A stretch of DNA of 64,000 bases from an uncultured Pelagibacteraceae bacterium (lineage in GTDB: Bacteria > Pseudomonadota > Alphaproteobacteria > Pelagibacterales > Pelagibacteraceae). Shown in pieces: positions 55,632 through 64,000 of this stretch (position 1 is its first letter; every line of letters starts with the position of its first letter). The stretch lies in assembly GCA_902510635.1 (NCBI GenBank), contig CABXCB010000001.1, forward strand, positions 5,399 through 69,398, in the 5' to 3' direction. The notes beneath the pieces are model-generated. The model was not told the origin of the DNA. It saw only the letters and a list, made by a program, of their open reading frames with translations, and searched no databases. A program made the translations under genes and the position numbers.

Positions 55632-56441
55632 ATGGTTGAAACAGAGAAGAAATATCGATTTGGACAAAGAAGATTTGGAGTTAATTGGGTAGGTGCTTAC
55701 ACATTATATTTAAAAGAAACACTAAGGTTTTTATCTGTTTTTGGACAAACAATTGTAGGGCCTATCGTGACTTCAATACTTTTCTTGTTAGTAATATCTC
55801 TTGCAATAGGTGGGGATAGACCAAATGTTTTGGGAGTGCCATTCATTCAATTCTTAGCCCCTGGTTTAATTGCAATGCAAATTGTTCAGCAAGCATTTTC
55901 TCATTCTTCTTCTTCATTATTGATGGGAAAGATAATGGGAAATATTGTTGATTTAATAGGTGCTCCTTTGTCAGCATCAGAAGTAACAATAGCAATTATA
56001 TTGGCATCTGTCACAAGAGCTTTAATAATTTCTATAATCTCCGTAATTATATTTTCACTATTTATTGAAATAGAAATTAAGAATTACCTATTATTTTTTG
56101 TATATTTATTTTTAAGTTCTTTTATAATGGGAGCTGTTGGATTTATAGCTGGACTTTGGGCAGATAAATTTGATCATATGGCAACTGCAACAAATTTTAT
56201 AATTGTTCCTTTATCATTTTTATCTGGGACATTCTATTCTGTTGAAAGATTGCCTAACTTTTTAAACACTCTTAGTAATTATAATCCTTTTTTTTATATG
56301 ATAGATGGATTTAGATATTCTTTTATAGGCAAAATGGATGGATCAATTGAATTTGGTTTGATTTATTTGACCATCCTTTCAATATTGACTTGGCTTATAG
56401 CTTATCAACTTTATAAAAAAGGTTATAAAATAAAATCATAA
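55632..56441 (+). CDS. ABC-2 type transporter permease
   Basis: LYLKETLRF, FLAPGL, PLSFLSGTFYSV, NPFFYMIDGFRY. Confidence 0.92.
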   Translation: MVETEKKYRFGQRRFGVNWVGAYTLYLKETLRFLSVFGQTIVGPIVTSILFLLVISLAIGGDRPNVLGVPFIQFLAPGLIAMQIVQQAFSHSSSSLLMGKIMGNIVDLIGAPLSASEVTIAIILASVTRALIISIISVIIFSLFIEIEIKNYLLFFVYLFLSSFIMGAVGFIAGLWADKFDHMATATNFIIVPLSFLSGTFYSVERLPNFLNTLSNYNPFFYMIDGFRYSFIGKMDGSIEFGLIYLTILSILTWLIAYQLYKKGYKIKS

Positions 56442-56454
56442 TAAATTAATTAAA

Positions 56455-57624
56455 ATGAGTTCTTTAGCTAAAAATTATAATCGAAGAAAAATTGCATTTA
56501 GAAGAGGTAAAGGAAGTTTTCTTTACTCCACTAATGGAAAAAAATATTTAGATTTTGTACAAGGTATTGCAGTTAATTCTTTAGGACACGCTAACCCTTA
56601 TCTGATTAGAGCAATAAATAAACAAGCAAAAAAACTCTGGCATGTATCAAATGCATTTATAATTCCAGAAGGAGAAAAACTTGCCAAAAAACTTACTCAA
56701 AAAACTTTTGCTGATTATGTAATTTTCCAAAATTCAGGAGCAGAAGCAACTGAAGCGGCAATAAAAGTTGCAAGAAGATATTTTTATTCAAAAGGAAAAC
56801 CAAATAAAAATAGAATTTTATGTATAAAAAATTCATTCCATGGAAGAACCATAGCAGCAATTTTTGCTAGTGGATCAAAGAAAATGACAGAAGGTTTTGG
56901 TCCAAAAGTTGAAGGATTTGATCATTTTAAGTTTGGAGATCATAAAGCTTTAAAAAAAGCCATCACTAATAAAACAGCTGCAATAATGGTTGAACCTATA
57001 ATGGGAGAAGGGGGTATAAAGGTAATACCAGATTGGTGTCTGAGGGAATTAAGAAAAATTTGTGATAAGAAAAAAATTCTTTTAATATTTGATGAAGTGC
57101 AATGTGGAATTGGTAGAAGTGGAAATTTTTTTGCTTTTGAAAATTCAAAAGTAAAACCTGATATAGTCCCCATCGCTAAAGGAATTGGAGGTGGATTTCC
57201 AATTGGTGCAGTTTTGATGACAAAAAAAGTAGCACTTTCTATGCTACCTGGCACACATGGTTCAACTTTTGGAGGAAATCCTCTAGCAATGAGTGTAGGA
57301 AATGCAGTTCTAGATCAAATTTTAAAAAAAGGATTTCTTAAAAATTTAAAAAAAATATCAAAATATTTTTATAATGAATTAGATAAAATTAAAACTGATT
57401 ATCCTACGTTGATTAAAGAAGTAAGAGGATCAGGTCTATTAATCGGTTTACAACTTTTTCATAATCAAAAAAAATTTATACAAAAACTAGAAGATGATAA
57501 GCTACTTACTATAAGAGCTGCAGAAAATGTAGTTAGAATATTACCACCGCTTAATGTAAAAAAATCAGAAATAAATCTCGCAATAAAAATAATTAGAAAT
57601 GTTTGCAAGGAATTTAAAAGATAA
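56455..57624 (+). CDS. argD: Acetylornithine aminotransferase
   Basis: GIAVNSLGH, NSGAEATE, SFHGRT, EPIMGEGG, DEVQCG, AKGIGGG, HGSTFGGNP. Confidence 0.95.
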   Translation: MSSLAKNYNRRKIAFRRGKGSFLYSTNGKKYLDFVQGIAVNSLGHANPYLIRAINKQAKKLWHVSNAFIIPEGEKLAKKLTQKTFADYVIFQNSGAEATEAAIKVARRYFYSKGKPNKNRILCIKNSFHGRTIAAIFASGSKKMTEGFGPKVEGFDHFKFGDHKALKKAITNKTAAIMVEPIMGEGGIKVIPDWCLRELRKICDKKKILLIFDEVQCGIGRSGNFFAFENSKVKPDIVPIAKGIGGGFPIGAVLMTKKVALSMLPGTHGSTFGGNPLAMSVGNAVLDQILKKGFLKNLKKISKYFYNELDKIKTDYPTLIKEVRGSGLLIGLQLFHNQKKFIQKLEDDKLLTIRAAENVVRILPPLNVKKSEINLAIKIIRNVCKEFKR

Positions 57625-58556
57625 TGAAACATTTTATAAATTTAAAAGATATTCCTAGCAAAGAATTAAAAAAAATAATATTAGATGCAAAAAAAAGAAA
57701 GAATATAAGAGGAAACAATAATACTTTAGATACAGATAAAGATTATCCATTAAAAGGGAAATTATTAATTCAAATGTTCGAAAAATCTAGCTTAAGAACT
57801 AGACTAAGTTTTTATATTGCAATTAAGCAACTTGCTGGAGGTGCTCTTACATTACGGTCTGATGAACTTCATTTAGGTAAAGGTAGTGAAAGTTTAGCAG
57901 ATACGGCAAAAATTATATCTACATTTGGAAATGCATTCATGCTTAGAACAGATAGTGATAAAAAATTACAAGAATTTAGAAAATATATGACTATCCCAAT
58001 AATAAATGGGTTAAGTCCATCTTCACACCCAACACAAGTTTTATCTGATATTTTTACTATTGAAGAAATTAAAAAAAAGCCTATTTCAAAATTACTTATT
58101 TGTTGGATTGGTGATGCTAACAACAATGTAATTAATAGCTTAATTGAAGCCTCAGTTAAATTTTCTTTTAAATTAAATATTGGAAGTCCTAGAAAATATC
58201 AACCAAATAAAAATTTACTAAAATGGGCTAAAAGTAATAATGGAAAAATTAAAATATTTAATGATTGTATAAAAGCAGCAAAAGAAAGTGATGTTGTATT
58301 TACAGATAAAGTGATTTCAATGAATGATAATGTAAATAAAGAAAAAAAATTAAAAGAATTTAAGAATTTTAAAGTAACAAAAACTATTATGAATTATGCA
58401 AAAAAAGATGCAATTTTTTTACATTGTTTGCCAAGAGGAAAAGAAGTTTCTGATGAGGTTTTTTTAGGTAAACAATCTAAGGTTTGGCAACAAGCACTAA
58501 ATAGAATTTATGTTCAAAAAAGTATACTATTATATTGTTTTGAAAAATTACGGTAA
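57624..58556 (+). CDS. argF: Ornithine carbamoyltransferase
   Basis: FEKSSLRTR, ESLADT, INGL, HPTQ, GDANN, D..ISM, HCLP; follows argD. Confidence 0.9.
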   Translation: MKHFINLKDIPSKELKKIILDAKKRKNIRGNNNTLDTDKDYPLKGKLLIQMFEKSSLRTRLSFYIAIKQLAGGALTLRSDELHLGKGSESLADTAKIISTFGNAFMLRTDSDKKLQEFRKYMTIPIINGLSPSSHPTQVLSDIFTIEEIKKKPISKLLICWIGDANNNVINSLIEASVKFSFKLNIGSPRKYQPNKNLLKWAKSNNGKIKIFNDCIKAAKESDVVFTDKVISMNDNVNKEKKLKEFKNFKVTKTIMNYAKKDAIFLHCLPRGKEVSDEVFLGKQSKVWQQALNRIYVQKSILLYCFEKLR

Positions 58557-59078
58557 TGGTTTTGGGTTGTCACCATTTTGATTTAAATACAAAATTACTG
58601 AAGCTCTGTCTTTCTCACTTTTAAGTCCAGCAAATCCCATTTTATTACCTTTTATCCATGAAGAAGGTTTAATTAAAAAACCATTCATTTCTTCCCAGCT
58701 CCATTCTTTTCCATAAGATGATAAAGCTTTTGAATATTTATAATCAGTGATTGCTCCAACTGGTCTAAACATTGCATTCCAAAGCTTTGGACCAATTTTA
58801 TTTCCACCACCTTGCTTGATGCTATGACAGGCTTTACACTTTTTAAATACCTTTTCACCGTGTTCAATACTTCCCATGGCTAATAAAGAATTTATATCGA
58901 GGCTACTTTCAGAGGTTTTAGCTTGCACTGAGGATCCTTCGGGAGCTTCAACTTTATAAGCAACTATATTTTTATCATCTTTATCAAAAATTATATTTGA
59001 TATTTTTCCAATACCAAAAACCACTAATATTGTTACTAGAATTGCTGTAATAATCTTGTTTATTTCAAAAGAATTCAT
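58548..59078 (-). CDS. cycM: Membrane-anchored cytochrome c (CycM/cy family)
   Basis: MNSFEINKI TM anchor, CKACH heme site, GPKL, YSKAL, GNKMGFAG. Confidence 0.9.
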   Translation of the reverse strand: MNSFEINKIITAILVTILVVFGIGKISNIIFDKDDKNIVAYKVEAPEGSSVQAKTSESSLDINSLLAMGSIEHGEKVFKKCKACHSIKQGGGNKIGPKLWNAMFRPVGAITDYKYSKALSSYGKEWSWEEMNGFLIKPSSWIKGNKMGFAGLKSEKDRASVILYLNQNGDNPKPLP

Positions 59079-59147
59079 TTATAATATTTAATTTTAACCA
59101 TATAACATGTTAGATGTTAAAAAGCTTAAATATTTGATTATACAATT

Positions 59148-59164
59148 TGCGTCTCTTGGACGCA
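59148..59164. promoter_or_regulatory. RegA/PrrA-type binding site candidate
   Basis: TGCGTC-TCTTG-GACGCA, a GC-rich inverted repeat (GCGNC-N5-GNCGC) about 70 bp upstream of cycM. Confidence 0.6.
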
Positions 59165-59183
59165 TAAATTATCAATAATTATA

Positions 59184-59921
59184 ATGTCTAAAACAGTAAT
59201 TTTAATACCTTCAAGGCTTTCAGCCACTAGGTTGCCGGGAAAACCACTTTTAAAAATAAATGGGATTTCAATAATTTCTCATGTTGTTAAAAAAGCTAAA
59301 GATGCAGATATTGGAGAAGTATATGTTGCTACAGAAGACAAAGATATTGTAGACGATGTTAATTTAAATGGTGGAAAAGCAATCTTAACAAGCAATAAAC
59401 ACAAAACTGGCTCTGATAGAATTTTCGAATGTTTTGAAAAATTAGACTTAAAAGATATAGATTATGTAATTAATCTTCAAGGAGATGAGCCCAATATAGA
59501 CATTGATGATTTAAAACATTTAAATAAATTAATTAAATTAAATAAACCAGAAATAGGAACTCTAGCCTCTAAAATTCAAGATAAATCTAATTTAAATAAC
59601 GAAAATATTGTTAAAGTAATTACAGATAAAAAAATCGATGATGAAAATTTTCCAATCGCACTAGATTTTAAAAGAATAGTAGATAATTTGAATTTAAATA
59701 TTTATCATCATTTAGGAGTATATGCATACAAACCCAATGTTCTAAAAAAAATAATAGAATTAAAGCAAACAAACAATGAGATTAAAAATAGACTTGAGCA
59801 GTTAAGAGCAATGGAAAATAGAATAAAAATAAATGTAGCTTTAGCGAATTTTTGTCCAGTAGGTGTAGACACAATGGAAGATTATCTGGAATTAAAAAAA
59901 AAATTAGAATATAAATCCTAA
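59184..59921 (+). CDS. kdsB: 3-deoxy-manno-octulosonate cytidylyltransferase
   Basis: IPSRLSATRLPGKPL, TGSDR, NLQGDEP, HLGVYAY, LEQLRA, GVDT. Confidence 0.96.
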   Translation: MSKTVILIPSRLSATRLPGKPLLKINGISIISHVVKKAKDADIGEVYVATEDKDIVDDVNLNGGKAILTSNKHKTGSDRIFECFEKLDLKDIDYVINLQGDEPNIDIDDLKHLNKLIKLNKPEIGTLASKIQDKSNLNNENIVKVITDKKIDDENFPIALDFKRIVDNLNLNIYHHLGVYAYKPNVLKKIIELKQTNNEIKNRLEQLRAMENRIKINVALANFCPVGVDTMEDYLELKKKLEYKS

Positions 59922-59922
59922 A

Positions 59923-60750
59923 ATGAAAATTGCTTATCAAGGTATTGCTGGAAGTTATAGCGAAAGCTGCGCTAAGGAAAAATATCCAAATTGTGAAACT
60001 ATTCCGTGTAAAACATTTGATGAGTGTTTCGAAACAGCTTATGGAGATAGCTCTATAAAAGCAATAATACCCGAATCAAACAAAACAACTGGAAATATTG
60101 GAGTTGAATATTTAATTTTTAAATATAGATTAAATATCTTTGCTGAACATTTTTATTCGATTAATCATAACCTTTTAGGTATATCTGGATCAAAATTAAC
60201 TGATATAAAAGATGTATATTCTCATGCTCAAGCATTAAGTCAATCTTCAATATTTATAAAAAAAAATAAGTTAAATGCAAATGTTAGAGCGGATACCGCC
60301 GGATCAGCAAAATATATTTCTGAGGCAAATGATAAATCAAAGGCAGCAATATCTTCAAAACTTAGTGCAAATATATATAATTTAAAAATATTAGATTCAA
60401 ATATTCAAGATGAAAAAGAAAATATAACAAGATTTTTAGTGATGCAAAAAGATATTTTTCAACCTGAATTTAAAAATAATAAATATATTACGTCTCTATT
60501 ATTTAAATTAAAAAGTAAGGCTGGTGCGCTTTATAGTGCGTTAGGAAGCTTTACACTTAATGGCGTAAATTTAAACAAATTACAAAGTTTTCCTGAAAAA
60601 AATTCATTTTCATCATATTTCTTTTTGTGTGAACTTGATGGACATATTGAGGAAGAAAAAGTAAAAAATTCGTTAGAAGAATTGGGACTCCACTGTGAGG
60701 ATATGCACGTTTTAGGTGTTTTTGAAGCTGACAAATTTAGATATAAATAA
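59923..60750 (+). CDS. pheA: Prephenate dehydratase (PDT + ACT)
   Basis: IAYQG..GSYSE, YSHAQAL, DTAGSA, NITRF, GALY. Confidence 0.92.
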   Translation: MKIAYQGIAGSYSESCAKEKYPNCETIPCKTFDECFETAYGDSSIKAIIPESNKTTGNIGVEYLIFKYRLNIFAEHFYSINHNLLGISGSKLTDIKDVYSHAQALSQSSIFIKKNKLNANVRADTAGSAKYISEANDKSKAAISSKLSANIYNLKILDSNIQDEKENITRFLVMQKDIFQPEFKNNKYITSLLFKLKSKAGALYSALGSFTLNGVNLNKLQSFPEKNSFSSYFFLCELDGHIEEEKVKNSLEELGLHCEDMHVLGVFEADKFRYK

Positions 60751-60799
60751 TTATTTCTTTTATTGTAGAATAAAAATCTTTACTGTTATAATACATTTT

Positions 60800-60883
60800 G
60801 GAGGCTAGAGGTGGGTGCTGCTTGAACCCGACTAGATCTTAACGGAAGCAATCGTAAAGACAGTTATCCAGGTTCTAGTCTCC
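60800..60883 (+). ncRNA. ffs: Signal recognition particle RNA (4.5S)
   Basis: Terminal stem GGAGGCTAGA/TCTAGTCTCC; domain IV-like TAGA-TCT-TAAC-GGA-AGCA; extended -10 TGnTATAAT at 60784-92; directly upstream of dnaX. Confidence 0.85.
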
Positions 60884-60898
60884 TAAAATATTTAGTTT

Positions 60899-62575
60899 AT
60901 GAATAAGAATTCAAAAGTTTTAGCATTAAAGTATCGTCCAATTTCATATAAGGACTTGATTGGTCAAGAAATTATAGCAGAAACTATTTATAATTCTATT
61001 AAACACAATAGATCACCTAACGCATATTTATTTACAGGTATTAGAGGTGTTGGAAAAACTACCATTGCTAGAATCGTTGCTAAATCTTTAAATTGTCTGA
61101 ATGGGGTTGATAAATTATGTAGAGAAGATCTTTGTGAAAATTGTGAAGCAATAAGCAACTCTAATCATATAGATGTTCTTGAAATGGACGCAGCAAGCAA
61201 AACAGGTGTGGACGATGTTAGAGACCTTATAGAATTTTCACGTTATGGCCCAACTTCGGCTAAATATAAAATATTTATAATTGATGAAGTGCATATGTTA
61301 AGTAAACAAGCATTTAACGCACTCTTAAAAACATTAGAAGAGCCACCTCAGTATAAAAGTGGTGGAGGTTTAAAATTTATTTTTGCCACAACAGAAATAA
61401 AAAAAATTCCAGTTACAGTAGTTTCTAGATGCCAAAGATTTGATTTATCAAGAGTAAATTCCAACGAATTATTTAAATTTATAAAAGAAGTTAAAAATAA
61501 AGAAAATGGCAAGATAAATGACGATGCTTTAAAACTAATAGTAAAAATTTCTGAAGGATCTGTAAGAGATGCTCTTTCACTTTTAGATAGAGCTTTATTA
61601 AATGATAATGAAAAATCTGAACTTGATTTAAAAAAAGCACAGGAGATATTTGGTTATTTTGATAAAAGTTATCTTATAAATTTGATTAGATTTTTATTTA
61701 AGGGTGACGAACAAGAAGTAATAAAAATTTATAGATCAATTTATAATCAAGGAGTTGAGCCAAAAATATTTTTAAACGATTTTTTGGAAATATTGTATTA
61801 TATAAAAAATATTTCATCTATAAAGTTAGATGGAAACAATTTTTCTCTTAATGATGAGGAATTTAAAGATATAGATTTAATTTCAAAACAAGTTAAGCCA
61901 GACTTATTATTATTATTTTGGCAGTTTACAATTAAAACTATAGGTGAATTAGATATAGTTTCAAATCAAAATTTATCAATGGAAATGTTTTTAATAAGAC
62001 TGCTCTATCTCAAGGAAGATAAAAACTTTGATAGTATAAAAGAATTAGATTTAAATGACGAAAGGTATGTTAACAATATATCCAAAACAGAACTTGTTAA
62101 TATAAATAAAGATGAAAATAATTTAGACACTAAAAATAAAACTATAAGTCAAATTAAAAATTTTATGCAAGAGGAAACTTCAAACCCTGAGACAAATATT
62201 GAAAAGATTGAAATAAAAAATTTTGAAGAATTAATAAGCTTATGTAATAAAAAAAAAGAATTAAAGTTAAAATATGAACTTGAAACAAATGTTAGTCTTG
62301 TAAGTTTTACAGATAAAAGAATTAATATTTCATTTAATGAAAATCTAGATAAAGATTTTGTTAAAGATCTATCCCAAAAATTGTACGAGTGGACCAGTCA
62401 AAGATGGATAATTGCTTTTTCAAAAGAAGTTGGGCAAGCATCAAAAAAACAAATGAAAGATAATGAAAAAGTGAAAATTATTGAAAATATAAAAAAAGGA
62501 GAAACTTATAAAAAAGTTTTAGAAAATTTCTCTGATGCTGAACTGGTAGATTTGAAATTAGAAGAAGATAAATGA
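60899..62575 (+). CDS. dnaX: DNA polymerase III subunit gamma/tau
   Basis: LALKYRP, GIRGVGKTT, EMDAAS, IDEVHML, NALLKTLEEPP, SRC, GSVRDA. Confidence 0.97.
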   Translation: MNKNSKVLALKYRPISYKDLIGQEIIAETIYNSIKHNRSPNAYLFTGIRGVGKTTIARIVAKSLNCLNGVDKLCREDLCENCEAISNSNHIDVLEMDAASKTGVDDVRDLIEFSRYGPTSAKYKIFIIDEVHMLSKQAFNALLKTLEEPPQYKSGGGLKFIFATTEIKKIPVTVVSRCQRFDLSRVNSNELFKFIKEVKNKENGKINDDALKLIVKISEGSVRDALSLLDRALLNDNEKSELDLKKAQEIFGYFDKSYLINLIRFLFKGDEQEVIKIYRSIYNQGVEPKIFLNDFLEILYYIKNISSIKLDGNNFSLNDEEFKDIDLISKQVKPDLLLLFWQFTIKTIGELDIVSNQNLSMEMFLIRLLYLKEDKNFDSIKELDLNDERYVNNISKTELVNINKDENNLDTKNKTISQIKNFMQEETSNPETNIEKIEIKNFEELISLCNKKKELKLKYELETNVSLVSFTDKRINISFNENLDKDFVKDLSQKLYEWTSQRWIIAFSKEVGQASKKQMKDNEKVKIIENIKKGETYKKVLENFSDAELVDLKLEEDK

Positions 62576-62895
62576 TTATGACTGATTTTAGCAAAATTTT
62601 AAATAAAGCTAAAGAACTTGAAAGTAAAATGAAGGAGAGTCAGGAAAAAATAAAGAACATCAATGTTACTGGAATATCAGGTGGGAGCTCTGTTAAAATA
62701 ACTCTTAACGGAGAAGGTGAATTAATAACTGTAGATATATCCCCTGAAATTTTAAAAGAAGATAAGGTGGTTATTGAAGATTTAATTAAGGCAGCTCATA
62801 ATAATGCAAAATCTCAGTTGAAATCAAAAACATCTGAAGAAATTTCTAAGGCGACAGGTGAATTTGGTATACCTGGCTTTAAATGGCCTTTATAA
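62572..62895 (+). CDS. ybaB: YbaB/EbfC nucleoid-associated protein
   Basis: G.SGG..V, EDLIKAAHN.A; dnaX-ybaB-recR order. Confidence 0.93.
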   Translation: MIMTDFSKILNKAKELESKMKESQEKIKNINVTGISGGSSVKITLNGEGELITVDISPEILKEDKVVIEDLIKAAHNNAKSQLKSKTSEEISKATGEFGIPGFKWPL

Positions 62896-62900
62896 TTTAA

Positions 62901-63515
62901 ATGCAAAATATATCTGAAATTGATGAATTAATTAAATTGATATCTAAACTTCCTGGATTAGGTCCAAAATCAGCAAAAAGAATAGTTTTACAATTAATTA
63001 ATAATAGGGAAGAATTAATTAAACCTCTGGCAAAAAATTTAGCAGAAGTTTACAAAAATATATCTAGATGTAAAGTTTGTGGATCTTTAAAATCCAACTT
63101 AAACGGATGTAATAATTGTGAGAATAATAATGATAAGTATAATAAAATTTGTGTTGTAGAAAATATAGCTGATCAATGGAGCATAGAAGCTTCTAGTGTT
63201 TACCAAGGATACTTTCATATTCTTGGTGGAACAATTTCGTCTTCTAAAAATCAAAAAAAGGAGGATTTATTAATTAACTCATTAATTGAAAGAGTTAAAA
63301 AAGATAATATAGAGGAAATCATACTTGCCACTTCAGCTACTGTTGAAGGACAGACTACTGCATTTTATATTCAGGATAGTTTAAAAAATACTAAAGTAAA
63401 GATTTCAAAGCTTGCACAAGGATTACCAGTTGGTGGTGAGATAGAAAATTTAGATGATGGAACTTTAATATCAGCTTTTAAAAATAGGCAAAGTTTTTTA
63501 CAATCAAAAGATTAA
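62901..63515 (+). CDS. recR: Recombination mediator RecR
   Basis: [12 protein letters not shown]4 zinc finger, [24 protein letters not shown]. Confidence 0.96.
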   Translation: MQNISEIDELIKLISKLPGLGPKSAKRIVLQLINNREELIKPLAKNLAEVYKNISRCKVCGSLKSNLNGCNNCENNNDKYNKICVVENIADQWSIEASSVYQGYFHILGGTISSSKNQKKEDLLINSLIERVKKDNIEEIILATSATVEGQTTAFYIQDSLKNTKVKISKLAQGLPVGGEIENLDDGTLISAFKNRQSFLQSKD

Positions 63516-64000
63516 TTCTTTTTTAGTAGTCTATTAAGATGAAGAATTGGCTCTGTATATCCAGAGGGCTGAGTTTTTCCATGAAATACGAGTTCACATG
63601 CTGCCTTAAAAGCAGTTGATTTGTCAAAGTCGTCTGACATTGGTTTGTATGGAGAGTGTCCTTTCATACTTGGATCTTTTAGATTTTGACTATCAACAAC
63701 TTTAGCCATTTTTTTCATAATTTCTAAAACATGCTTCTTGCTGCATATTCCATGGTGCAACCAGTTAGCAATGTGTTGGCTGCTTATTCGGCAAGTAGCT
63801 CTATCTTCCATTAGACCAACCCCATTAATATCAGGTACTTTTGAACAGCCAACAGACTGATCTATCCATCTAACTACATAGCCCAAAATACCTTGTGCGT
63901 TATTTTTTAATTCTTTAGTAATTTCTTCCATTGACCAGTTAGGTTTTTTTGATATTGGAATAGTTAATAGATCAGATAGTTTTGCTGATTTTCTTTTTGA
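63512..64000 (-). CDS. glcB: Malate synthase G, C-terminal part (5' truncated by window)
   Basis: Frame open to window end; [50 protein letters not shown]. Confidence 0.95.
   Translation of the reverse strand, partial: SKRKSAKLSDLLTIPISKKPNWSMEEITKELKNNAQGILGYVVRWIDQSVGCSKVPDINGVGLMEDRATCRISSQHIANWLHHGICSKKHVLEIMKKMAKVVDSQNLKDPSMKGHSPYKPMSDDFDKSTAFKAACELVFHGKTQPSGYTEPILHLNRLLKKN

Overview
Very AT-rich, densely packed bacterial chromosome segment with tiny intergenic spacers and many overlapping stop/start codons. Gene content and order (cobS/cobT, regB, gcrA, hisS-hisZ-hisG, folC-accD-trpABF-pyrF, ffs-dnaX-ybaB-recR, malate synthase G) indicate a streamlined alphaproteobacterium, most likely SAR11/Pelagibacterales (inference). 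It is mostly core housekeeping: about 62 CDS, four tRNAs (Ser-GGA, Thr-GGT, Phe-GAA, His-GTG) and the SRP RNA. A small glycosylation-type accessory cluster surrounds tRNA-Ser (4.4-9.4 kb). No IS, prophage or CRISPR was seen. The best hidden signal is an unannotated His-rich leader peptide ORF (MFNKIYIFVSKHRHHFHAGCTLAI, 35018-35092) with a hairpin. It lies directly upstream of tRNA-His, which ends 4 nt before the hisS start, suggesting a histidine-sensing leader controlling a tRNA-His/HisRS/HisZG unit. Other notable items are a decayed cmk remnant between aroA and rpsA and a TrpB with several active-site substitutions. A SET methyltransferase plus HDAC pair ends the dapD-dapE operon, and a phage-like exonuclease/RmuC/ExoI cluster lies upstream of trxA. 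There are also tandem NrdR-like boxes at gcrA, a RegA-type box at cycM and a missed 33-aa ORF before dcd. All assignments come from motif recognition by eye; no database searches were run.
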